A stretch of DNA of 63,384 nt, counting the filler, from Stramenopiles sp. TOSAG23-6 (lineage: Eukaryota): assembly GCA_900128565.1 (NCBI GenBank). It is 12 parts of 12 records of this genome, joined end to end, with 100 filler letters (N's around TTAATTAATTAA, not from the genome) between each part and the next. Parts side by side here need not be neighbours in the genome. Positions count along the whole stretch, not along the records: positions 46,845 to 53,392 come from LT636679.1; positions 53,493 to 60,039 come from LT636680.1; 10 more parts are not named here. One strand, given 5' to 3'. The notes below the pieces were generated by a model. The model made no database searches, was not told the DNA's origin, and saw nothing but the letters and a program-made list of their open reading frames with translations. Numbering within the stretch: the stretch's first letter is position 1; the number at the start of each line of letters is the position of its first letter. The position numbers and the translations under genes were made by a program. Of the stretch, positions 47,920 to 58,256 are shown piece by piece.

Positions 47920-48983
47920 GATAGTCAAAGAATGGCAAAAAGACATAGAGTTTACACCATCACCTGATGATACTGTATTGGGAATGTTAATGGCTCTTTT
48001 ATTTTCAACACCATCACCAGAGTCCATACAAAGACTCGAAACAATGCATGTTCACTTTCACAATATACCTAAATGGTGGCGAAATTCTTTACCCCGAAAC
48101 CAACCCATTGTGGGATTGCATTTACGACTTTTTGATACACAATCAACAAGTCCAAAATATGTACCTTTTTTATATTATACATTTCAAATTTATTTATTTA
48201 TGGTAGTACCAAATTGTATACCAAATATTTTTTTTTTTTTAACAAATTTCGATTGTCTCATACTTTTTTGTTGTACCTAATGATTTTTTTACGAAAAAAA
48301 ATAATATTTTACACAATTCAAGGTGGAGACAAACTAGGCCATTGGAAACCTGAAGCACGTGACTGGAACCTAGATGTTACTTCATTTATTGATTGTGCAG
48401 TTGAGTTATTAGATGAAGTGTATAAAGTTGACCGTCGACGGCCAATTATTCATCTTGCCACAGATAGCATTCAGTATCAGAGTGTAATCCAACGAAAGTT
48501 ACACGGACGAGGAGACGTTATTTGGTTGAGCAATCAAATAGTTCATACAACGGCAGAGAGCAAAATAAGTCCTGATAATTTAAATTCTGCAATATTAGAT
48601 GCTGCTTTAGATTGGTGGTTACTATCGGAAGTCGATCATATTCTGATAACTGGGGACTCCACGTATTTCCTAACTCTAACCCTAAAGCATTTTTTACTTG
48701 TGATACTTTCATTATTTTTTCATGAGAGACATATTTGTTGTATATACGAAACCACAGGTACTCCAGAACAGCATTACATCGAGGGTACTCCCGAGATGAA
48801 TCCTCCAGAACAAAAATCGCTTATCGTTGGGTCCAATGTTGCTGGTGGGAGGGTGATACAATTTGGGATAAAGATACAGTAACAGTAGATTTGCCGGGAA
48901 AGAAAAAAGAGCCTTTGTCGACTAGAAATTCTTGTAGGAAGCAATCAGTTCCAAGTAACCTCATGAATTATGCAGGGCCATAA
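47920..48983 (+). CDS. Fucosyltransferase-like C-terminal part (exons 47920-48160, 48322-48662, 48758-48983)
   Basis: IVGLHLR, IHLATD, ALDWWLLSEVDHILITGDSTYSRTA correspond to motifs I-III of alpha-2/alpha-6/O-fucosyltransferases. Confidence 0.7.
48161..48321 (+). other. Family intron apparently ending in AA (161 nt)
   Basis: TAT|GTACCT...TACCTAAT...CACAATTCAA|GGT; the adjacent AG (48322) gives a stop after four codons. Confidence 0.6.
48663..48757 (+). other. Canonical GT-AG intron (95 nt)
   Basis: AC|GTATTT...CCACAG|G; join gives STYSRTA. Confidence 0.8.
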
Positions 48984-49057
48984 AAGATAAAAAAAATTAC
49001 AAATGAAAAGTACACTCTCTTGATATTTTATATTCAAAGATTCGTTTTATGTTATCA

Positions 49058-49294
49058 TCACTGAATCGTGATTTCACCGGTTTCGTTATAAGTTTGACAG
49101 GTAAAGGTCTCTGGGCCTCCTATGACGAACGACATCGGACTCCTTGTGCTTTTGCAACGGGTTCCTGCTGGGCACAATTCTACTATATTTTCGCCTTTGG
49201 GAGGGTTACAAATGTCACCAAGGTTTAATATACTAAACGCCTGGTTAATAAAGGCGCACAAAAGAAGAAAAACATGTAATATTACCTTTCTCAT
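49058..49294 (-). CDS. Small secreted Cys-rich protein
   Basis: Signal peptide MRKVILHVFLLLCAFINQAFS; four Cys in the mature part. Confidence 0.65.
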   Translation of the reverse strand: MRKVILHVFLLLCAFINQAFSILNLGDICNPPKGENIVELCPAGTRCKSTRSPMSFVIGGPETFTCQTYNETGEITIQ

Positions 49295-49542
49295 GATAAT
49301 TTACAATGACCAGTACCTTGTACCACTAAACCCGAACGTTTACAAAGCAAGAGCTTTCTACAAAATGAACCTTCGTCGGAACTTTTTCATTTTTTTTTGA
49401 TGTCTGTCGATGATGTGTAACTGTTTTCTTGCTTAACCTCTCTCCACATATATATCGTTGTTATTTGTCTGTGATACAAAAACCTTGCCTATAGTATATA
49501 TATTGACAATGGTTCATTTTCAAAAAGTTTGGTGCATCTAAA

Positions 49543-52500
49543 ATGTCGTCCGAAGACTCATCAGATGAGGAACCAGAAACTATCCGTCCAACTTCTGTCT
49601 GGGATGGGCATTATACTGTCTCCTCAGGAGATATTTATGCAACAAAAACAATCCAAGGTATACACGCTACTAGCCGTATACAGTCTAAAAAGGATTATGA
49701 TAGAGAGCGTTTCAAAGCACGGGTAGAAAAGGAAGAGAAAATGCTATCACAATTTTCTCCGGATAAACTTGAATCACGTCTTGCGTCCACGAAAGGCAAA
49801 AAGGTAGCATATAGTGGTTCCACTGATTGCTTTGTAGAAAATGTGATTGACGGTAACCTTCAGGCTGTGATGCGGTTCATCAACTTAGGATTCGATGTAA
49901 ACTATCCTCACAATGACCTGAAGTATGGTGCACTTCATGCCGCATCAAACTTTGGACATTTGAGAATTATGCGCGTTTTGATCAGTGCAGGTGCAGAAAT
50001 TGATATCCGACGTCCTTTGATTTTAAATAGGCTAACAAAATGCTCCTACTGTGAAACACCATTAATGATGGCTGCTGCAAATGGACGAATTGAATCCCTC
50101 CGGATTCTTCTCGCAGCTGGAGCCGATAAACATTTGAAGGACTCGCAAGGTCGTACTTCTCTTGATTTGGCAATATTATACGGAAAACGAGAAACTGAAC
50201 TGTTTCTGTTGGAACCTCCAGGTTCAACAGTAGCACCTCACTGGTGTCCTTTCCGGTCAGATTTTGTTTCTTCACGCAAAGGCAAGATAACTTTTCGACC
50301 GCCCGAAGAGAATGGTGGTATCATGATAGATCAATTTGAGTTCAGATGGCGACAAGATGAGGAAATTGGTGGTTGGTATGCTCCAGGAAATGATGATATA
50401 ACGCGATATGAAACTCCAGAAGGTGCAGCTCAATATGGTGGTGACTTACGCCCTCCCAAATGTTCCACTGAAATTTCGACTACGCATCCTTGGCATTTGT
50501 ATGTAGTAGCAGGTCAGTATACAGATCAAGCCGTAGATGATGTTACGAGACGGCGTGAAGAAGCAGAAGCAAAACGACTTAAAGCCATTCATGATAAAAA
50601 TGCAAAAGAAGAAGCAGAAAAGGCTAAAAAAGAACAAGAAAAGACACAGAAAATTGCTTTAGCTGTTGGTACAATCCAGTGTTTTTTTCATTGTTGGAAA
50701 GCTCGAAAGACTGTGAAAGCTGTAAAACTTTTACGTAAACAAGAAAGGCAAGACCGAAGAGATAGGAGAAATGCGAGGAAAATGGAAGGTCTTTCAAGTG
50801 GGTCTGAGTGGGGCTCGAATGATTTCACTGAAAGTGATGAGGAAGATAAATTAGAAATGGCCCGTGCAAAAGCAGCGTTGAAAGCGGCACAAGAAGATGC
50901 TGATAAATGGGATGATGACGCAAACGAAGTTAAAAGAGAGAAAGAAATACCAGAAATGGGAGAATCAATAAAAGATTCCCCAGGTACGCCACATAGAAGT
51001 AAAAGAAGGAAAGGTAGAAGACGTAGAAAAACTCGAAAGAGTCGAAAACATAAAAATACGGATAGCGATTCAATCAAAGATGATAAGAATACAAAACAAA
51101 AAAATAGTGTCAATGCTTGTAATAATGATATTCATGAAACAAAGGAGCAGCGTTATCAAAGATTATTTCGCGAAGATCCACAATCAAACGACCTTATTCG
51201 AACCACAGGTCCATATATTGCACCAAATGTACCACCTATTGATTTACCCCGAGGCCCACAGCCTGAAGATTTAGATATAGTGGCAACTGGTCTTGTTAAA
51301 TGCAAGCCAGCTCATCGTAGTGTACATCGTGTCCGAACATCACGTTTGAAACGTGACTTTAGAGAAACTACATATAGTTTCGTGTTAAAAATGCTACCGT
51401 ATACTTGGTATAGAGCAGAGGTACGAGCGCACAATTTCCATGGCTTTGGTTCGTGGAGTCCACAATTGGTTTTCCGAACACCGGCATGTGAACCAGAGAA
51501 ACCAAATTCTCCATTCATTGTCGCATCAACTCCAACAACAATAAAGTTTCGATGGGAGGTTCCTCGCGACAATGGATCACTTATTGAAGCTTTTAGTATA
51601 CAGTCACAGGAAGAGAAATATATAAAGGGCAAGCGTGTCGAGGGTGAATGGTCAAATTGGAGGAGATTGATTGTAACATTGGAAACAGAATATTTAGTAC
51701 AATTCTTGAAACCTGGACGTGGTTATAGATTTAGAGTTCAAGCACGCAATCGAATTGCCTATGGTCCATTCTCCGATGCTTCCGAGATAATGTATACGTA
51801 TAAATCTTTAATCATATCAGATTTAACTCCAACATCTGTAACACTCTCATGGGAAACTTCAGATACGAGTAATATTGAGCGATATGAGATGCAACAGTTA
51901 GATTATAATACAGATCAATGGGTAAAAATTTCAGATTCATTGACTCAAAATTTTATCAAATTGAGGGTATTGTATCCTGATACAGAGTACTGTTTCAGAG
52001 TTCGTTGGTTTACGAAGGAAACTGGGTGGGCACCTTGGGAAGATTGTGTTGCTGCTGAACCTTTTAGAACTCTCAAGTCTGCACCAATGAAGATGCCAAA
52101 GCCAACTATTTTTCATAAATGTTATAATCAAGTTACTCTAACTTGGAAGGAACCAAGGAACAATGGTTATCTCATAGATAAATACCGTGTAGAAATTCGA
52201 CACCAATCTTCTAAAGAATGGGAATTAGTAAAGGAATTGGATCAGCACGAGTTCAAGTTGTGTATTCCTGGGTTGCAGAGAATAACAGCTTATTCATTTC
52301 GTGTTTCTGCAAAGAATAAGCTTGGATGGGGCGAACCTGGTTCTAGCACAGGTGCTGTCTTGACATGTGCAACATCTCCACCCCTCCAGCCATATACAGA
52401 TGAGAGAAAGACTGATAGTTTAATAGTACTAAAATGGATGCAGCCAAAGTGGCAGTTTAATGTACCTATAAAGTTTTATACCGTCGAAATTAAAGAAAAG

Positions 52501-52671
52501 GAAAATGGGGAATGGGAACTCATGGAAGGTGAAATTGATGGTACTAGTGTGCTAGTTGACGACTTATTTCCAGTCCTTTTTTATTTTTTCAGAGTCAGAT
52601 GTTTCACTGAATACGGTTGGAGTGCTTACAGTAAAGTTAGCAAACCAATAAAAACACGCAGAAAGTTATAA
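49543..52671 (+). CDS. Ankyrin + IQ-like + fibronectin type III repeat protein
   Basis: ALHAASNFGH, TPLMMAAANG; IQCFFHCWKARK; several YxFRVxAxN FN3 units; intronless. Confidence 0.88.
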   Translation: MSSEDSSDEEPETIRPTSVWDGHYTVSSGDIYATKTIQGIHATSRIQSKKDYDRERFKARVEKEEKMLSQFSPDKLESRLASTKGKKVAYSGSTDCFVENVIDGNLQAVMRFINLGFDVNYPHNDLKYGALHAASNFGHLRIMRVLISAGAEIDIRRPLILNRLTKCSYCETPLMMAAANGRIESLRILLAAGADKHLKDSQGRTSLDLAILYGKRETELFLLEPPGSTVAPHWCPFRSDFVSSRKGKITFRPPEENGGIMIDQFEFRWRQDEEIGGWYAPGNDDITRYETPEGAAQYGGDLRPPKCSTEISTTHPWHLYVVAGQYTDQAVDDVTRRREEAEAKRLKAIHDKNAKEEAEKAKKEQEKTQKIALAVGTIQCFFHCWKARKTVKAVKLLRKQERQDRRDRRNARKMEGLSSGSEWGSNDFTESDEEDKLEMARAKAALKAAQEDADKWDDDANEVKREKEIPEMGESIKDSPGTPHRSKRRKGRRRRKTRKSRKHKNTDSDSIKDDKNTKQKNSVNACNNDIHETKEQRYQRLFREDPQSNDLIRTTGPYIAPNVPPIDLPRGPQPEDLDIVATGLVKCKPAHRSVHRVRTSRLKRDFRETTYSFVLKMLPYTWYRAEVRAHNFHGFGSWSPQLVFRTPACEPEKPNSPFIVASTPTTIKFRWEVPRDNGSLIEAFSIQSQEEKYIKGKRVEGEWSNWRRLIVTLETEYLVQFLKPGRGYRFRVQARNRIAYGPFSDASEIMYTYKSLIISDLTPTSVTLSWETSDTSNIERYEMQQLDYNTDQWVKISDSLTQNFIKLRVLYPDTEYCFRVRWFTKETGWAPWEDCVAAEPFRTLKSAPMKMPKPTIFHKCYNQVTLTWKEPRNNGYLIDKYRVEIRHQSSKEWELVKELDQHEFKLCIPGLQRITAYSFRVSAKNKLGWGEPGSSTGAVLTCATSPPLQPYTDERKTDSLIVLKWMQPKWQFNVPIKFYTVEIKEKENGEWELMEGEIDGTSVLVDDLFPVLFYFFRVRCFTEYGWSAYSKVSKPIKTRRKL

Positions 52672-52714
52672 GAAAATATAATAGTAACTGTACCATTTAT
52701 AAATAAAATTAAAA

Positions 52715-53337
52715 TTAAGAAGAACTAAATGATTCTCCAAATATACCTCCCCACTTATTAGGAATAGCCTGAGCAAGCGCAGCTCCTTTTAATAAGTATG
52801 CCATCGTTTGAAGAGCAACAATAGTTGCAGTGTCTTTTGTACGTTCTAGAGCAGATTCTGCCTGTTCCAAAGTGTACCAATCATACAAGTCATCCTCATC
52901 CTCCTCCAAAACATCATCATCCATATTTGGTGGTGGTGGATTCGCAGCATAGATTGCATGCAATTCAATAATTATGGCTTCCCCACGAGGTTTGTAGATT
53001 GTGATTGGGGGAATATGAGGAAGTGGAATTAATTCTGTAGAGTCTATCTCACAGAACACACTTGCACTTTGTATAGCTGATTCTTTTGGATCTTCATCAA
53101 CATCAAAATCCACAAATGGCACACTCATTCCTTCCCATTCGCCATCAAGCGAACGACAGAGGACACAACGTTTGCCTCTTAAAATTAGACCACCTACTTT
53201 TCTGGCACACTTTTCCAATGATACTATGTTATCTGATGAAGAAACAACCTCTGGCTTTTGCATTTCTAATGTAATATCTGTACTCACCTGTTCCCGCTGT
53301 TTTGTATTTGGGTTCATCACAAGACACAACTCCGAGA
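52715..53337 (-). CDS. Last exon of a protein with a NUDIX-fold-like domain
   Basis: VGGLILRGKRCVL..EDPKESAIQS..YDWYT; preceded by a truncated family intron ending at 53338. Confidence 0.55.
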
Positions 53338-53544
53338 ATGTATTTTGGAAAAATATTTCAAAAAAAAAACTTAAATTTGTTAGGTACGAAATNNNNNNNN
53401 NNNNNNNNNNNNNNNNNNNNNNNNNNNNNNNNNNNNTTAATTAATTAANNNNNNNNNNNNNNNNNNNNNNNNNNNNNNNNNNNNNNNNNNNNTACGAAAT
53501 TTTGTACCTAACGATTTTTTTTGAAATATTTTTCCAAAATACAT

Positions 53545-55668
53545 GTTCTAGCATCTGTTGGAGCTCTTACAAATGAAGGTACAGAACTGTCTACCTATAA
53601 TAATATAAATAGTGGTCGTTATCTATTAGTTGGTGGTGATCACGTAGCTATATATGATCTTGTAAATAGATTTATTGCTTTTCATATGAACCTAGGAAAA
53701 GTGACACAGTCATCAATGAATGAAGAAAGTCATACTATTTCATTTGCAGTTAATGTAAGTTTATGGAATGGTCGTGTTATAATGCTTACATCTACAAATC
53801 AGATGTGGGCACTGCAGGAGAAAAGTACTAATTTGAAACTTGAATACTTATTCAAAAAGAATATGTATTCATTAGCTTTATCAATATTGGAAAATGAATC
53901 CTTGATGCTTGCTAATAGTCCTTTTATTGAAGATGCAAATATGTTAGACAGTCTACGGCGTTCTATTAATGATGTCCATAGAATGTTTGGTGACCATTTA
54001 TATAAACGTGGCGACTTCAAAGCGTCAATGTCTCAATATATTTTAACTATTGGGTATCTAGAGCCATCATATGTTATAGATAGATTTCTGGGCTCAACAG
54101 CAAAAATGTCTTTATTAACAAAGTATACAGAAGAATTATATCTATATCATTCAAGTGTTGAACACACTGCTTTGTTATTAAGTTGTTATATTAAAACACG
54201 TGATGATGATGAATTAAGACGTTTTATTCGACGGGAGGGGAAATGGAAAATACGAGGTGATGGTATAGAAGCTGTCGTATCTAATTATGATGTAGCTGTG
54301 GCCATAAAAACACTTCGAGAACATGAATATTACGATGAAGCTTTATTTCTTGCCGATAGACATCATAAACATCAATTACATATACAGATACAACTTGAAG
54401 ATCTTTCATGTCATGGTGATGCATTAGAATATATATCTAGACTTTCTTTTGATTCAGCAAATGCAGCGATGATGAAATATGGAAAAACACTTGTGAAAAT
54501 GATGCCACGACGTGCAAGTGATCTTTTGCAACGATTATGTACTACGTATGCAGCAGATATGAATGATGACTCAGAGGATAATACAGACTCGAATGTATTT
54601 TGTGAACCAGAAGATTTTTTTCATTGTTTTGCAGACAAACCTGTTGCACTTCAAGAATTTTTACAATTTGTTTTGAAAAAGCGAGGAAGTAATATTTCTA
54701 GTTCTATTACACGTACTGTTCCTTGGGATACATTACTTGAATTGTTACTGTGTACATGGGAAGATATATCAAAACCATCAGATAATAGTAGTGATATTGA
54801 TGATAGCAATGATTTGACCATTAACGTGAAGGGCGATGATAGTCAAGCGCGTAAAGATATTATGGATTTGTTGACAAATCCAGATGCTTGTTATGATGTA
54901 GATTATGCTTTATGCCTTGTTCAAATTCATGGGTTCGTAGAAGGTCAATTGTTTTTGTTTACAAAGCTTCGATTGTATTCCAGTGTATTAGAATTATACA
55001 CTGATCGTGAAAGTGATGTTGGTATAATACAAATGTGTAAGGAGTATGGTGAAAATGATCCAAATTTGTGGGTACATTTACTGACACATTTATCGTCAAA
55101 ATATTGTAATTCTTCTACGGATTCAACAGAAATATATGAAAAGGAAGAAGAACTGACTGAAGTTCTTGAACATATTGATTCTCATGATCTCATACCTGCT
55201 ATAATGGTACTCAATATTTTATCATCGAATACAAATATACCGGTTCGTGTCGTAAAACCATATCTACTTTTTCGTTTTGAGAGAGAAGATGAACAGCTGA
55301 ATGACGATTTGATGGAAACAAATGAGTTTATCAAAGAATCTGATAGGATGAAAGAGAGAATAAAAATTCTTCAGACTGAGGCACAAATATTTTCTAATAG
55401 AAAATGTGCAAAGACAGGATTTCCATTGGAATTACCATCTGTTCATTTTATGAATGGTAAGTCGTATAATTTAGAAGCAATTGGTGAAGATGGGCAATGT
55501 CCTTCCCTGGGACCTCAGATACAACATGTACACGAAATAAGACAGCAATTAAAACGAAAAGCACAAAAACATGAAAAGTTTTTCGAAGAGTTAGAAAGTT
55601 CAGCGGATGGTTTTGGTAAGATTGCAGAGTATTTTGGTCGAGGGACACTTGATATTATGGGCACTTAA
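53545..55668 (+). CDS. VPS11: Vacuolar protein sorting 11, last exon
   Basis: LQEKSTNLKLEYLFKKNMY, GDHLYKRGDF..QYILTIGYLEPSYVI, LELPSVHF, IAEYFGRG. Confidence 0.92.
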   Translation, partial: VLASVGALTNEGTELSTYNNINSGRYLLVGGDHVAIYDLVNRFIAFHMNLGKVTQSSMNEESHTISFAVNVSLWNGRVIMLTSTNQMWALQEKSTNLKLEYLFKKNMYSLALSILENESLMLANSPFIEDANMLDSLRRSINDVHRMFGDHLYKRGDFKASMSQYILTIGYLEPSYVIDRFLGSTAKMSLLTKYTEELYLYHSSVEHTALLLSCYIKTRDDDELRRFIRREGKWKIRGDGIEAVVSNYDVAVAIKTLREHEYYDEALFLADRHHKHQLHIQIQLEDLSCHGDALEYISRLSFDSANAAMMKYGKTLVKMMPRRASDLLQRLCTTYAADMNDDSEDNTDSNVFCEPEDFFHCFADKPVALQEFLQFVLKKRGSNISSSITRTVPWDTLLELLLCTWEDISKPSDNSSDIDDSNDLTINVKGDDSQARKDIMDLLTNPDACYDVDYALCLVQIHGFVEGQLFLFTKLRLYSSVLELYTDRESDVGIIQMCKEYGENDPNLWVHLLTHLSSKYCNSSTDSTEIYEKEEELTEVLEHIDSHDLIPAIMVLNILSSNTNIPVRVVKPYLLFRFEREDEQLNDDLMETNEFIKESDRMKERIKILQTEAQIFSNRKCAKTGFPLELPSVHFMNGKSYNLEAIGEDGQCPSLGPQIQHVHEIRQQLKRKAQKHEKFFEELESSADGFGKIAEYFGRGTLDIMGT

Positions 55669-56092
55669 GTTTTTCTATAGTTTAACTTTTAAATAATACA
55701 AAACTGCTATTTTTGAGTCAAAAAAATAAAAAATAAAAAGCAAAACTTATGATATATGATTATACATATGATATATTGGGCCAATCCAGAACTTTTATTT
55801 CTAATTCCAATATAAACAGAAAGCAGATGTTACTGCAATATTGAAAACGGAAATAAAAGCAGCGTCAAAATTTATACCTCCACTATACTAATGACGTATA
55901 CACTGAAATGGTTGTATTTGCAATTTGGCGAAAATACAACACATTTTCCACGACATTGAATAAAACAGATATAAATTTCGTCCTCCTTCGACAGAGATTT
56001 TTACGAGTTAAATGAGAAACATTCCTATTAAATAATCTTATAAAGAGTTATATATATACAAATGGCTCTCTAAAGGTTTACACACTAGAGCG

Positions 56093-56428
56093 TTATCCGT
56101 CTCTCTTCTCCATCTTTGGGCGACGGCGCTCTGGTGGGGAACGATTCTTACGATCTTTAACAGCGCGACCACGGACGATACGGCGATGAACAGCACAATC
56201 AATGCAGTAAGACATCTTGTAGTACATCTTAGGAATCTGGTAGTTCTCGTAAGCAGAAGCTTCTTTAATATCGCGCACAGATGACTGATCACAGATGTTG
56301 CGGACTTGGAAACGCTTTACAGCCTTATCTTTAGCGACACGGCAACTGCATCCATCACAGTCAAGGAGCTTTCCGACGGAACCGCAGTTCTTGCGGGATC
56401 TTCCATGATTACGGCGTTTGACAGTCAT
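56093..56428 (-). CDS. RPS26: 40S ribosomal protein S26 (eS26)
   Basis: MTVKRRNHGRS..KDKAVKRF..PKMYYKMSYCIDCAVHRRIVR. Confidence 0.96.
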   Translation of the reverse strand: MTVKRRNHGRSRKNCGSVGKLLDCDGCSCRVAKDKAVKRFQVRNICDQSSVRDIKEASAYENYQIPKMYYKMSYCIDCAVHRRIVRGRAVKDRKNRSPPERRRPKMEKRDG

Positions 56429-56758
56429 TTTCGTTTTGAGTGATTTGGTCGATGGCTGGTTGGTGGAGCAAAAAAGAGACCAAAAAACAGAAGGACAACA
56501 CGAACAAAACGCCTGGAAGAGGAAAAAGACATAAAATTCGCTGAAATCATCAGTGAACCGGGTAACAACTTTATAAAAAGTCCTTTTTCTAACTAAATGT
56601 CTGGGACCTTCCCACTCCTAAATATCTTCAGAAGCCAATCAGGATGACAAAAACGAACTCTCGGTCGTTTATCAGAAAAAGGAATATATTTAATACCCAA
56701 TCCTCTGAGTACATCTTCTTTTGTACTCAAAGTGATGACGTGAGAGGCATCACAAATA

Positions 56759-57912
56759 TCAGTGACAAACTTTGCTCCAATTTTTTTTTGCTTTTGTCAT
56801 CAAGTTATGAACATTTTCCACATTAAATAAAAGTATTCTAGCACCTGAGAGACATCCACTTGGATATAAAGGCTGAATTTTCTGACCACATTCTTGACAT
56901 TCGAAAGTCCAATGAACCCAGGGACAAGGATGTGGAAGTTTAAAAAGTGTGTTACATTTTGGACATGTATTGTGAAAAAAACATTTAAAAAAAATATTTT
57001 TTTTAATCCGTTAGGTACAAAATGTCGTACGAAAAAACTTTCAAAAAAAAATAATTTTGAAAATGTACATTTTGTAGAAAAATGCAACGATTTTTCCTTA
57101 TCTCCACGAATGGGAAGAGCTGAATGAGACAGAGCATTTTTTTTGTTTCCATCTTCATTATCAGAGTCGTTCTTAACTTTTTGTATAGGAGGAGACGACA
57201 TTGGACTTAACAAATTTTGAGTCTCAGACATTGGACTTGACAAATTTTGAGTCTCAGACGATTCATCTGAAACTTTTTGTGGTTCGTTCTTATTATTTGT
57301 TACGACTATAGGCTCAGGTTCATCTTCAGTATCTGATGCATCACCCTGGTCTGTAATGTCCGTCGAATTAATGGTCTTCAAATTGTTTGAAGATTGAGAA
57401 CTTGAAACAGATGGTGATGTACTAGAGTTCGTCCACATGATGGCTGTGGCTTGAACTTTTGCCATAGCAGCCTCTTCTTTGACTAAACACTTTTTCAATT
57501 GTTCCATTGCAAGATTTTGATTCTGCCGTATGTTCTTTATTTGTACACTCATATGAGCCGCCTTTTGGAAAGAATCTGCAGCATGTATAATATCCTCAGT
57601 TGTCGATAGTGGATGAACACTAGAACTCAATTGCTTCGCGTAGTCTAAACAATCTCGGAAAGCTTGTCCAGTTTTCTTCCAAATGGTACTAGCTTTTGCT
57701 TCGTCCTCTTTTGCACGAGCCACTTTCTCTTGAGCATTTGCCAATTCCTGAAATGCGGCCATGGCATCCAGCGCACTGGGTGCTCGGACAGTCAACATAT
57801 CCTTTTCAAGATGATGAGTGACTGTCTTTTGCTTCTTCCGAGCTTGGGTTTTTGGTTGAATGACATCGTCTAAAAGACGCTTCGTTGGACGAGACATGTG
57901 TGCACATGACAT
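56759..57912 (-). CDS. Coiled-coil protein with C-terminal C4 zinc ribbon (exons ~57912-57069, 56964-56759)
   Basis: Spliced frame gives TKCPKCNTLFKLPHPCPWVHWTFECQECGQKI. Confidence 0.7.
56965..57068 (-). other. GT-AT intron (104 nt)
   Basis: AAAT|GTACAT...TACCTAAC...CAATACAT|GTCC. Confidence 0.85.
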
Positions 57913-58256
57913 TTTATAAATCAAACACAGTGGCACAGTGTATATGTCAGTTTTAATGGGGTAAATAGATATAGACTTGGTAATAATATATTGTAAAGAC
58001 GAAAACTAAAAAACTAAAAAGGTACATTGACAAATTCTTCACAAAGNTTTCGAGNAAAAAAAACGNTTTGAGNTTTGNCCGAAACACAATCTCAAAAATA
58101 ACCCCGAACCCGAACCCTAGCCTAAAATAGTAGTTAACCGTCCGAATATAACGTCTTTTTGTTTTTATGTTTTTTTACATTTAGTATATACTATACATAG
58201 TTCTGGCCGGCTTACGCTATTCTCTCCATTCCACACAAACGTTCGAGTCATTTACA

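Noticed and set aside
55381-55510. Degenerate C-terminal RING of VPS11
   Set aside because: Several Cys/His ligands are missing, but I cannot show this is unusual for the lineage.
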